Shown piece after piece: positions 1 through 11,244 of a stretch of DNA of 64,000 nucleotides. Under the pieces are notes generated by a model. That model searched no databases. It worked only from the letters and a program-made list of their open reading frames with translations, and was not told the DNA's origin. Each line of letters begins with the position of its first letter. Position 1 is the first letter of the stretch. This DNA is from Eremomyces bilateralis CBS 781.70 (taxonomy: Eukaryota). Location: the NCBI GenBank assembly GCA_010015585.1, contig ML975183.1; one strand, given 5' to 3'. Both the position numbers and the translations under genes were made by a program.

Positions 1-944
1 TCCTCAGGCTATCTATCAGAGGAGTAGTTTAAGTAACGTGACTGTCCAAAAAAGGCTAGACTCCTCTGAGAGATAGCCTGAGCTAGCTGAGGTAACACCA
101 GGACGGCAGGACAGCTGAGCCGTGTCAGGTTTAGACCTGAACCCATAATGTGTACTCTCCGGACGAAGTATGACAAACTTCTGTTTCCCCGGCCCGAACC
201 AGCTAGGGGACATCAGACATAACGGCGAAAAGGCCCGCACCGGGTGATCCAGGATGAATATCGGGCGAAATGGAGGGAGAGATGGCAAGCCGAAGCGGCC
301 AAACCAGGAAGGAGAGCAAGGACATGGAAGGACCCGTAGGAAACCCAGTGCCTTAACCGATTTGATGGCCTTCAGAAACACGAGGCCTCGGCGTTTATGG
401 CACTACGGACTAAGGTAGTTGGAGTTAAAGGATGGCTCGCGAAAATTGGTGTCCCTGGAATCCACCCTGCGTGTGAATGCGACGCCCCCCGACAGTCTCT
501 CTACCATCTCCTTGCATTTTGCCCGCAGCGGCCCGACCAGAGAATCGCGCTCCTCCAACGAGCTGGAACAACGGACTTCAAGAGGATATTGCATGACAGG
601 GACAAGGTGCGTCACGCAGCAAGGTGGCTGATCGATGCGGGAGGTCTAGAGCAATACCGGGTGGCCAAGGAAGTTGAGAAGGAGGTAATAGAGGACTGGA
701 AACCGTTCCAGCTCCTCCACGATGTGCCAGAATAAGCTCTCCGCCTACGGCGGAAACACCGACTTGTATGGAAAGATGATAAACGTTTGAGATAGTCTAC
801 TAAAGGGAGGAGGCGGGATTTTATGTACCCGCAGCCTCAGGGCTAGGGGGAAACTTTTGCCCGCGACAGACCAGATAGAATACCGTGCTCATAGACCCGA
901 AAGGTATCTAGATAGTACGTTAAATTGATTCTTATTATTATTAA
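1..944 (+). mobile_element. 3' end of a degenerate Tad1-like non-LTR retrotransposon (ORF2 C-terminus, 3' UTR, (TTA)n tail)
   Basis: Frame ending at 735 reads WRERW...GLQKHEASAFMALRT...G...WL...ACEC...QSLYHLLAFCP, the Cys/His knuckle typical of the LINE ORF2 C-terminus. In-frame TAG at ~337 sits where TGG is plausible (RIP-like). TTATTATTATTA tail at ~931-942. Confidence 0.8.
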
Positions 945-981
945 TATGCAAGGTCTCGGATTATTTTTTTCAAATGCGTGC

Positions 982-1013
982 CCCCCAAGGGTCGTTTGAT
1001 CCATATCAATTGT
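982..1013. repeat. 32-bp inverted repeat, left copy (partner at 3149-3180); probable DNA-transposon TIR
   Basis: cccccaagggtcgtttgatccatatcaattgt matches the reverse complement of 3149-3180 at 30/32 positions. Confidence 0.85.
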
Positions 1014-1109
1014 CAGGATAGATATCGTCAAGAGGATGCCGTGTAAAATTTCCGCAGGGTTGTATTTGATCACGAGCGTAGCGAGTTACTAAATTTGTAC
1101 ATTTTCAGA

Positions 1110-2602
1110 TCATATATTTGCTTTTGTAGGTCCTTTATCACTAGGACTCCCAGGCACCAACCACGTGACCCTCATCGTTGTCGGAATTGAAATCGCAAAG
1201 ACCACAAAAGATATGATCAAGTTGGTCATTGGCGTGATTCTCGCGGAGCCAACAGCGAACGACAGCGTTGACCCCAGACTCTCGAAGGTCCTCATGAGAC
1301 CAACGGCCAGAGTGATATTTTCGAAATCCATCTCAAATGTGCCCAGAAGCCAGTACACGAAAATGTTATGGCTCTCGTTCATCAAACTGAATAGCAGGTT
1401 AACAGTATAGGCGCGGCCGAATCCAGGTGAATTCCAGTCGAAGGTAGCTGCAAGGCTGGCTCGCTCATACAGATATTCGTTCGATATTTGCCATCCAAAG
1501 AGGCCGACCATGATGACCGAAAACAGCATCCACGTAAATTTTGCGGTATTGCGACGGCCAAATAGACTCAAGTCGAGCCACTTGCCCCATAGCAAGTCAC
1601 CAATTATCATGCCAATAGCAGACGTCAAGGACGAAAGAGTTCGGGCACGGACCGAGAAGTATTTTGTCAGATAAATGCCCTGATAAGAGCTATTCCACAT
1701 AAAAGTCACCAGAACCGGAATCAGAAAGTAGATCTGTGGCTGCTTAAGCAGATGCCAGAGCCTTTTGAACTCCAAACGAACGTTACTCTTCTGGATCGAA
1801 GCGAGTACCAAAGTTCCATCGGACCGGATTGCCTTGTTGGGAGGCGAGATCAGCAAGGCCAGCGGTAGACCGACGCACTGAATAGCAATCAGAGCGACAT
1901 AGGTGCTGATATTTACTGCTCCTTTGCTGCTCTCATTTCGATTGATGGAAAGCTGAATTGCAGCACCGATAAGCTGGCCGAATTGACGCAGGCCAAGCCA
2001 AATGCCGGTATACAACCCACGTTCCTTGACGGTGGGGTAGCCAACTGCAATAGCACCTTCAGCCGCCCACAAGGCAGACGCAGCGATACCGCAAGTGGTA
2101 GCTCCCAGGAATATGGCCCACTGAGTTCCGTATTTGGTATTGCAATAGAGAGCCGCCGAATACGGTGCGTATCCTAGCGTGCCCATGATGAGGATGGGTT
2201 TCAGCCCAATTTTGTTGGTGAGAGCACCGAAGATCGAGCAACCGAAAACCATGAGTCCGAAAGTAAGAGCGCTAGCGCCATTCACAACGTATGGCTCCTG
2301 TTGCCCGCCAGCACCAACACCTGAGCTTGAATTAGCTAGATCTCCTCAACAACGCGGTAAGCGGTTTGACACCCACTGTATAATGCATTCCAAATCCCAG
2401 GTTGAGTGAATGAGATCAGACCGACAATAATGACGTTGAACAAAGTGCTCCTGTACCACCGCGCAAATCTAGACTTAGGTAAGACGCTGGTCGGCGCGCT
2501 GTTCGTAGCGTATTCCGCGTCATCATTGCTCGTAGAGACTGTTGTGGTGACCTTGTCGTCGACAGGAGTGAGAGAACCACGGTTTGCATTTGTCGAACTC
2601 AT
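1110..2602 (-). CDS. UNC-93-like MFS transporter (2 exons; intron ~2321-2376)
   Basis: ATG at 2602 (MSSTNANRG). Splicing GTGGGT..CTAAT..CAG joins 'FTQPGIWNALY' to 'VGAGGQQEPYVVNGASALTF'. Many hydrophobic helices; GYAPYSAALY and ALWAAEGAI motifs of fungal UNC-93-like proteins. Confidence 0.88.
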
Positions 2603-2994
2603 GATGTTCGTATTCTTCAACAATCAGGAACACGACGAGTAGTTGGTTGCAAGAATGGCCATCCAACGTCAAACAGCAATACTTCTTTATATACGCACCT
2701 TCAGGGCAGTGATGCCGTACCTCCAGGAAAACTTCGGTGTGCCCTCATAGTTGGTGTCATTTGCTCTAAGATGGCGAATATCGAAAGCACAACCTGAGAA
2801 TGAACGTAGCGTGCAAAGTCTTTCGCTAGTCAGACGCTTGTTTCTACTAACAATTATAGATACTTGATTGTTCATCCACAGAGATACAGCTATTCAATCA
2901 TCTAGTTAGCTAAGCTATCAATTAAGTTAGCGTTGTTAAGTCAACGGTAGGAAGGTACATAATTACTAGAGTTAGGACAAGGGTCTTTCTGTCA

Positions 2995-3049
2995 TAGGGT
3001 GGGTGTAAGAAATAAATGAATGTTTATTTCATAAGTTTTACCCACCCTA
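2995..3049. repeat. Small imperfect hairpin / fold-back
   Basis: tagggtgggt..taa pairs with tttacccacccta; inner gaaataaa pairs with tttatttc. Confidence 0.7.
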
Positions 3050-3148
3050 CTGTCACATAATAAACACGTCTATTTTGTAGGGAATAGGTGCCTATAGCAA
3101 AACAGTGTGAGACCTTATCTCTGAGTGTGAAAAGGGTAGAATTTGAGT

Positions 3149-3180
3149 ACAGTTGATATGGATCAAATGACCCTTGGGGG
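3149..3180. repeat. 32-bp inverted repeat, right copy; begins TA|CAGT like a Tc1/mariner end
   Basis: (t)acagttgatatggatcaaatgacccttggggg is the reverse complement of 982-1013 with 2 mismatches. Confidence 0.85.
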
Positions 3181-3289
3181 AGATCCTCGTTGACAGTGAG
3201 TCACGTGGTCTCCGAGGTCCATCATGTACTATGTAGTAGCACCCCGGCCCTTCTGGCATTATAGAGGGCATTCTACATTCTCATAACAT

Positions 3290-3970
3290 CACCGTATACT
3301 TATCTCAGCAAGCTCAGACGGTATCTTCAGATGCTGCACGTGACTACGGTGTGGCGGTGCAGCCAAGGTATCTTCAGATACCGTCTGAGGTCCTTTTGTA
3401 AGGTTTGTGTGGTGGTGTAGTTGAAGTTTTCAGAGTTCCCAGTCGTTTCAGTCAACCATTTAACTTTCAGTACTCGAAATTAGCTTAAAGTTTATGTAAG
3501 GACATAAGCCTCCTGTAGTCATGTGACGGGGTCATATGACTAGAACATAGAGAATTAGTATATATGGTTTCCAACCCCAATGACCCCTGTTTGGGATCAT
3601 TGTGATCTTTTATGGTCCAATGGTATTAGCGCGGAGGGTTGGTCACGTGTCATTACAGTTTACGCGGGGCTAGGTAAAGGGCAAAAGAACCCGCTCTTTT
3701 ATAGTATATTAAAAAATATATCAAAATAATTCTATAATAAAGGATTAGCATCAGCGGTTTCGAAGGGCTGGTGTAGTTGGACTTTTGGGGCGACCCCGGT
3801 CGCTAATTTTGGTGGAGTTTAGTACGCCGTAGGGGCCAAATCCGCTCTTTTTACCTACGCGCCCACCAAAATGCTGCAGATGGTCCTCAGACGGCATCTG
3901 AAGATGCCTGCACCGCCACAACCATCTTCCAGATCCCGTCTGAGTCCCAACTGAGATAACCGTATACTCG
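3290..3970. mobile_element. MITE-like non-autonomous element with long, diverged, internally palindromic terminal inverted repeats
   Basis: ~3290-3420 and ~3855-3970 are inverted copies sharing gtatac..ttatctcag..ctcagacgg..gtggcggtgcag..atcttcagat.ccgtctgagg. The interior is AT-rich and non-coding. Confidence 0.65.
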
Positions 3971-4134
3971 TGAATCGTGGGGTTGAAGCTTATCAAAGCC
4001 GCAAGGGGATGGGAGATTGGACCACCTAAAACACTGGTATTTTCGGTGACACTTTCGATCACGTTTTTCAGCACAACTTGACACGGTCTGGATGCGCAAG
4101 GTCTGCGATTACCAAGTTCCATTAATCTAAACTG

Positions 4135-4153
4135 AAGAGAGAGAGAGAGAGAA
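4135..4153. repeat. (GA)n microsatellite
   Basis: gaagagagagagagagaga run. Confidence 0.85.
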
Positions 4154-4320
4154 GAAATCCCCCGGCACCTTTGTGCGCGAGATAGCGACTCTCCTCTCCA
4201 ATGCCCTACTGCTGTGTTACCATGTTTGTTTGCTTCTCTGATATAGCTCTAATCCACCAGCCACGTCTTCAGCCACAACCAAGGGAACAGGCCGCAGGCC
4301 TGGGACCATAACACAACTCC

Positions 4321-4714
4321 ACCAATGAGCGGGACATATCGGCACAACCCCACTAATGAGCGGGGTATATCGGTACAACTGGGTTGGTTTTCCTGCCACG
4401 GAACCACTAGCGAGTAGCGAGACTTGCTTCGGCCGAAGAACAATGGCCCAAACGGTTTCCTGTGCCCACATCAATACAGTTAATGAGCCGAGAGTGACTC
4501 TCGGCCCTTTCATACACATTGAGCTGTAAGTGGCTTTTGTTTTGGTTATGCGGGATGTGAGCAGTTCACAGAGGATCCATATCTCGCATTCACTCTGTTA
4601 AATTGGAGTAAGACGTACTGCCCATGCCAGAGCAAGGGGACCAAGGCGTGAATTTTGTGTGGAGTAGCCATGCGGAGCATTTGGATGCCATACTGACGCT
4701 TCGGCCGAAGTCAG
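4321..4714. promoter_or_regulatory. Cluster of CGG-based repeats/palindromes upstream of the dioxygenase (candidate Zn2Cys6 sites)
   Basis: ~32-bp tandem repeat aatgagcggg..atatcgg.acaac x2 (4321-4380); GCTTCGGCCGAAG at 4426-4438 and 4698-4710; gccgagag-tga-ctctcggc at ~4487-4505. Confidence 0.45.
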
Positions 4715-4891
4715 ACACGCGATCATAGCAAAAGCTGCCAAACTTCTTGAAGTGGTTAAGCCTTAATTCTGTGACAAATGACGTGATAGTATCAGAGCTC
4801 GCAATTCAGCCGTTGACCCTTTAAATATTGAGATCCTGCCTTGCAGTAGTCGATGCCACGGGAGACATCGTCTTCAACTGATCTGCGCAAA

Positions 4892-6284
4892 ATGAGTTCT
4901 CAATCGTCCTCTGCAGTAGAAGTTACACCTCTGCCACGCGAAGCAGGGTCGAAGGTCAACGTGAGGAGCCCAACACCAATACAAATTTGCTACACGTATT
5001 CTTACTAAGCGACAGTCACTAGTTCGGAGCCAGTATCACGGGCGTTAATTTAAATGATTTGGATGATGGCTCTTTCGAGAAGATTCGAGAAGCCATCTAC
5101 GTCCACAACGTTGTGGTGGTGAAGGGGCAACATGATTTACTTCCAACCAAGCAGTTTGAGCTTGTGCATCGACTAGACCCTGACGCTCCTGCTGAACACG
5201 GTTTTCGGACCACCGAGCAAGGCAAAAAGTCAACGGGCATTCTGGCCGTAAGCACGGAATCAAATTCCCCCATGTGTAGTTACCGCTGACACCGGCGACA
5301 GAAACTGAAATGGTATACGATTCCCGGCACTGCTGGCGTTCAATTAATTGGCCAAGGATACCAAGGGGATGACCATTTCGGGCTCAAAGGTATCACGATG
5401 AACGGTGTCGGACACGCTAGCTTCCATGCGGACCTCTTGAGCGAAGAGGACCTGGCAAAGGGCGATACACGTTTCGGTATCTTCCACTTTGATGGGATCA
5501 TCTATGGCAGCTATCCTTCTCGAGTCACCACGCTACGGTCGATTAGGGTACCAAAAGGTCCCCTGCTCACGGTCAGGTGGGATGATGGAAGTGGCCGGAC
5601 AATGAAGGCTCAACCAGGAGCCACTGCCTTCATCAGCAACTCTCAATTATATGGTTTGCTTACTGACGAAGAAAAGAAGTTGGTCGAGAACAGCTACTGG
5701 GAGCCGGCGCCACATCCTTTCTCGTGGACCGAAGGTCGAAAGGCCCGGTCGACCGGATTGGGCATCGCACCAGGAGGTCAGGTCCTCGATCTCGACAAGC
5801 TACCTCCGTGGACACCAGAAAAAGTCTTTTGCTTTCCTATGGTCTGGATGAATCCGGTGACCGGGGAGCGAGGATTTCAAGTCCGTTCCGAGGTCGTGCG
5901 CAAAATTTATTTGAGGCATTCGCCGTTTGAAGAGCCACATGTGATTGACGACCTGGAATACATTCGAAATTGGTTGAACAACATCCTGGATCGCATCATG
6001 GCCCCTGAGTATGTCAGCATTCCCGCTGTCGAGGAGGGTGATGTCGTTATGTTCAACAACTGGGTACGAGTGTAATGCCCTTCGATTCCGTGATATTTGC
6101 TGAGAAGTCCTCAGGGCGTCATACACAGTGCGATTGAATGTCCTGCCAGCTATGGAGTGAGGACTGGTGAGTATGGGCGTCTGTTTGGAGAGTACAGCGC
6201 TGACAACAGCTAGTGCACCAATGCCACATCGCTTCAAGCACACCACCACTCGGTCCGTACAACACCACTATAGTTCCGTCATAG
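4892..6284 (+). CDS. TauD/TfdA-family Fe(II)/2-oxoglutarate dioxygenase, XanA (xanthine dioxygenase)-like; 5 exons
   Basis: Introns ~4961-5022, ~5248-5301, 6064-6114, ~6167-6213. Motifs FGASITGVNLNDL, QHDLLPTKQFEL, HxD (FHFDG), RWDDGSG, GDVVMFNNW-GVIHS, R..HQCHIAS. Confidence 0.88.
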
Positions 6285-6572
6285 CTTGAGTTTGACAACA
6301 TCATGCAAAACGTGTTATGTGCAAACGGGGTGCGGTCGAGATGTCAGCAGTAAGTGCTGGGGCGGGGTTAGACGGTTCAAGGTCGTCGCATGCTCAACCT
6401 CAGCCGCTGAAAGGCACGTGACAAAGAAGATCCGAAGATTTGGCGCCACTACCAACAGCGTTTGAGCGAAAATATCGGGGGCTCAGGGTTTGGTGAGGCT
6501 TTCCCGACCAAAATCACGATAGCGAACATTTTGAAGGCCATTCTACTGCTTTCAACAACCAATTGGCCTTTG

Positions 6573-6875
6573 AAAACATATAGATACTATACTTTTGATT
6601 ATTCTCTTTCAGAATATCTACTTTTAAACGGTCCCTACATCCTAGGGACTGAGATCAATCGCTGTCTAGTTGCACTATTCCATGTTAAGGATTCTCAACA
6701 CATTTCCATCCATCTCGACTCCAGGTGCACAATATACACCATTAAGATCCATATATCCATCCAAAACATATAGAAAGTATACTTTCAATCATTCTCTGTA
6801 AGGATATCTACGTATAAAACAATTCCCCTTTTTGGATATTGAGGTTAATTCGGGTTTAGTTGAACTATCCCTATT
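6573..6875. repeat. Diverged ~110-bp direct repeat with 190-bp period in AT-rich DNA
   Basis: aaaacatataga...tatacttt..at.attctct...a.atatctac...tgag.t.aat....tagttg.actat starts at 6573 and again at 6763. Confidence 0.7.
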
Positions 6876-7655
6876 CTATTTCTTCAAACGCTGGGAAACT
6901 TGCTCAAATATTCCTTAAATTATAATACTTATTCCATCAAAGTCAATCCTCCTATCATCCAGAGTCCTTATACAGTATACATATGACAATCCGTTACTTT
7001 GGTTCGGGTTTCTCTCCTATCTAAGCTAATTAAGTTTAACTAGCGCTTCTCCACCGCGTTTCAATTATCGTACTAACTATATGTTGCGGTAGACATCGCC
7101 ATGAATGCGAGAGCAGCCATTTTCCTGGAATCTAGATCGCTGGGACCAACTTTCACATCCAAACAGAATCAAACAAGATTCACAGAGGGTCCACCATCAC
7201 TGAGGGCTTACCCCGCTTTAGTTTGATTCGTATCGGCTTCCCTCCCGACCTACTCCTCATTGAACAGTACTTATCTGATATTAGGAGCAGAACCTTGATC
7301 AATACTGTTTGACGACGTGCGTGTTGTGATCTTTCCTCGATTACACATCAATTGACCCAATTGTATACCAGATTTGGTGCAAATGCAAGCTGTTGAGAAC
7401 CTGTCTTTGGGCCTTCCTTCTTCTTGCCCCCCAAATCGGTGCACGATGGCCTTCCTCTTTGGACCACTTGTCGTATCCTCTGGCTGCCTCCCGATCCTAC
7501 TGGATTCAGTGTTTCACTTCGAACCATTTGGCGTCTCGGTATTATGTATGTGTATGTACATTGGATAATGGGTTATGAAGCATTTCGCACCCAGAACAAA
7601 ATACGAATACCAATAGGATCTTACTAATTGCCTTAAACCTTCCCTTCCTGCACTT

Positions 7656-9809
7656 TTAGACGACACGAATGTCCGTCACGGCCATATCTTCCCACCAGTC
7701 CGCGCGGTATAGCTTCGCCACCCCCAGGCGCTGGAACGTCACATACTCATGACCGACGTCAGCCTCCATGATCTTCCTCAGCACAAGCACCCAATCCTGC
7801 CTCTTCGGCCCCTTCCCGCTGGACCCCCGAGTGCGAGCATGTTGCTCCTCCCGCGACCGGCAATTCGACATGAGCGATAGAAAGTGGATGTTCTCGTGTT
7901 CGTTATAGTCTAGTAACGCCCATCCATATACGGTGTTGTCCGCTCGTGCAAGATAATATCCGAGCTTGGGGCTAAGCGGACTTGCCTCAATTCGACGCAG
8001 GTCCTCGTGAATCTCCTCATCGATGATCCGTGGGTGATCTCCAGAGGGCAGCAACACAGTGCCTTGCAACGGAGCACAGCGCGATTTGATCAGCAAAGAC
8101 CCGTCCCCGGCAAGGCGGACATATTCGCATGTAGATTTTGCTTTAACAAGGGGGCCATAGCGGACAGCGTACGGGAACGACACCCAGCTCCACGTTGGGG
8201 CGCCAAGGGGATTATACCTTACTCGGGGCTGAGCAGGCGTGGTGGATGGTTTCGCATACCAGAAGAGCTGGTCGGGGCATCCGTTTTCCCAAATTCCCCA
8301 TCGATATACGCCGCGGATGAGAGGTTGTAATTCTGCTGCCAGTCCTTCGAGGGCTACCATTCGGTCAGTCCAATGGCTTAGCTTTCTAATGCTGTAGTGC
8401 TCAATAATATGTTTCCATTTAGGGTTTCGTGCCGTGTTGTGGCACTTCTCGCCAGTCTCCCGCTGCGTATACGTCTTACATGACCAGGTCAGTGACCCTT
8501 CGGTAAAGAAGACCATGCGTCTGGAGAGCAGCCATTCTTGAGTTGCCCAGGCGCGAACAGCCAGGGGCGAGGATTCCGGAGAAAGGCTGCGATATGACTG
8601 GTGAGGCAAAGCAAGGAAGACGGATGCCTCATTCTCCTCTCCGGAGCACCTTAAAGTACCAGCATTACATGATGATTCCATGAAGTTGGGAAGTCCTGCT
8701 GAAGGAGGCATAGGAGGACGTGGAAGGTAACATCCAGTATGTGCATCGGGAGAGTGGCATGAAGCCAGTGTTAGCACCGCATTCTGATACACAGAATTCA
8801 TTCTCTTGGACTCGCGCAGCCACTCATCGCTATCATCTTGGACGATGCATAAACTGTCAATCCAGATATACCGCAAACCGAGGCCGCGTACGGTAGATAT
8901 GGCATCCTGGAACGTCTTTGGGATGGCCACCCACGGGATTTCCGACTGATGAGAGTGTAGGTTCGACCATGTTGTCTTCAGCGGATGACTTTCAGGCGGA
9001 CCCCAACAATGAGATAGAGCGACATATTCGGCGCGAAGTTCACGAGTCTCAAGCAGCTTGGGATTTTCCGATCCATCGCCCGCGCCGACATCCACAATGC
9101 GGGTCGGTAGCCTCGACTCGGCCTCCGGGGCGAGGATAGAGCCAGAAAGCGTTCTGCGGCACTTCGGGTGTTCGGTCTTGCACGACGCAAGCCATCTTTT
9201 CAGTAGGGCGTGAGCGCCATGGTCGTCGGTGGCAGTCAGAGCCGGTCTCCCAACGATATCTCCACGAACAGATGCCAAACTCCCTCGTAACTGTCAGCAA
9301 TCGTACCAGTAGGAAACCGGACCAACCTGCAGCCGAAAATTACCAGGTAGTGCGTACAGACGCAACTCCGCGACGACTACAGTGTCGCTCCCGTTGCTTC
9401 CTTTACCGATAGGAACGACAAATGCCAACCCCGTAAGCGACTCGGCGTCAGGCGCACTCGAATCAGGAAATGTTCGCCGTTGCGTGTCTAGCTTGGGTAG
9501 AATGTAGGTCGCGCTCGAGCCGATGCTCCCGTCAAGATCGCCTGTACGATTCCAGAGTGGGATGCGGTGGCCATGGTAATTGATGGTCTCCTTGAATGGG
9601 GTTTTGTAGACCAGGCGTTCCAATTCGCGCCATATCAGTTCACAAGATGTGCAGCAGCGCCGCGAATGGAGAATCTCTCGTGCATTCTCATGAAGGATCA
9701 TCCCCCGGACCGGACCGTTCCCAAGTGTCGGCCACCAAGCTGGTAGTTCAAGTAGATCGTTGGATACATTTCGGAGGGATATTTTTTGGCAATTCTCACA
9801 CAGCGTCAT
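7656..9809 (-). CDS. HET-domain (heterokaryon incompatibility) protein; intron 9291-9343
   Basis: Starts MTLCENCQ. HET blocks RLPTRIVDVG, YVALSHCWG, PKTFQDAI, YIWIDSLCIVQDD, MNSVYQNAVLTLAS, RAWATQEWLLSRR. Confidence 0.92.
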
Positions 9810-11244
9810 GGGTGGGAGTGATAGGATAGATTGGGCTTCATAGCATTCCGTTTTCGAACGATCCAGGGACAAATGCGGGGACTTTCCTGACGCGCTCCGG
9901 ATGGTAAGTTTCAACTTGAACGATGAAGAAAGTCGGAGGAGAGGAGCGTCCACCAGCAACCTTCAGTGGCAGTATTGTCCCTTAGTAAGATCGTCACACG
10001 TGAAGCAGTGCAGGGGATCCTGTCCTAAAATCCATTCTCATGCCCTCACACTGAAATATGCATCTTCCGATTTTAGACCTGTAGCCACCATATATTCTCT
10101 AGCAATTACAAGCCGACAGAGCAATGAGGATGGTCTTCTTTGCGCAGTGGCACCAATCGACATTCGCGTAGGTGCTCGCAGGGCGCGATCTCAGATCTCC
10201 ATCGCCGACCTGGCCATCAGGCAGCAGGCAACAACCGGAGCCCCAAACTTCCAGAACTTCTAGCGTACCCGTACAAGTGGGAATAGGGAATATGGCCGGG
10301 TATACGGGAAATTTGCCCTAGCCATGGAATCCAGGGTGACGGACGGTCGAATGCGCGCGGCGTCACGGAGTGGTGGCGACTGGAGACAAGAGGATTGACG
10401 GTTTCGCTGGGCCGGATTGGCATGACGGCATGAACTGAGGGGAACATTCCAGGCCGATGTGAATTTAGATTTTAAGAGGACACTTGGGATGTTCCTGTTT
10501 AGACTCTGCAGGTGGAAGATTTGATGAAGCGACGGATGATTGATGAGGGTGTGACAGTGCGGCGTATTCGGAATTGAGGCTACATACCGACGCTATAATA
10601 TCCGAGATATCGCCACATTTTGACATCGGATCCAGACTTTCAAAACCTGAATTCCCCTCCACAGCATCGTGTCCTTTTTACATTCGATTGGAAGATCGGT
10701 TTTGACGGGCGTCGGCGCGTCGCCTGCAAGCCGCCGCGTTTTCTTTTCTTTTCCTCCCTTTATCTCCCTGCGCACGTCTGCAAGTCTACCCGATCTCAAC
10801 AATCCTGACCGGACTCCCGCGACGTGTGTGTAATATGTATAAGTATGACCCCGAGTGATGACCTCAATAGAGCCCGGCGATCAGATCTTCTCCGTCTAGG
10901 TACCTGCTAGTGTCGATACCCGCTGAACAAAGCGACCAATTGCGCACGCTGGTATCTGCAAATTGGGTCCGATTCTCAGCGGCGGCCCGTCATTAAATCT
11001 CGCCCCCCTTGCGGCTTTAAGACCAGCGCTCGCCCTCATTGTGTGGCGGTTCAGCATTAATCCCGTTGTCTTCATCATCACTTACCACATCTAGCAGTTA
11101 ACACCATTCTTTCCTTCCTTTGCTCTTTTGGGGCTCGATCGACGCGCATCCTTCGCATGTCTGTCCAGTCTAGACTTACCCCTCACTGATATCATCGACC
11201 CTCCACCTTTTCTATACTTCGCAACTATAGACATCGTCAACAAA

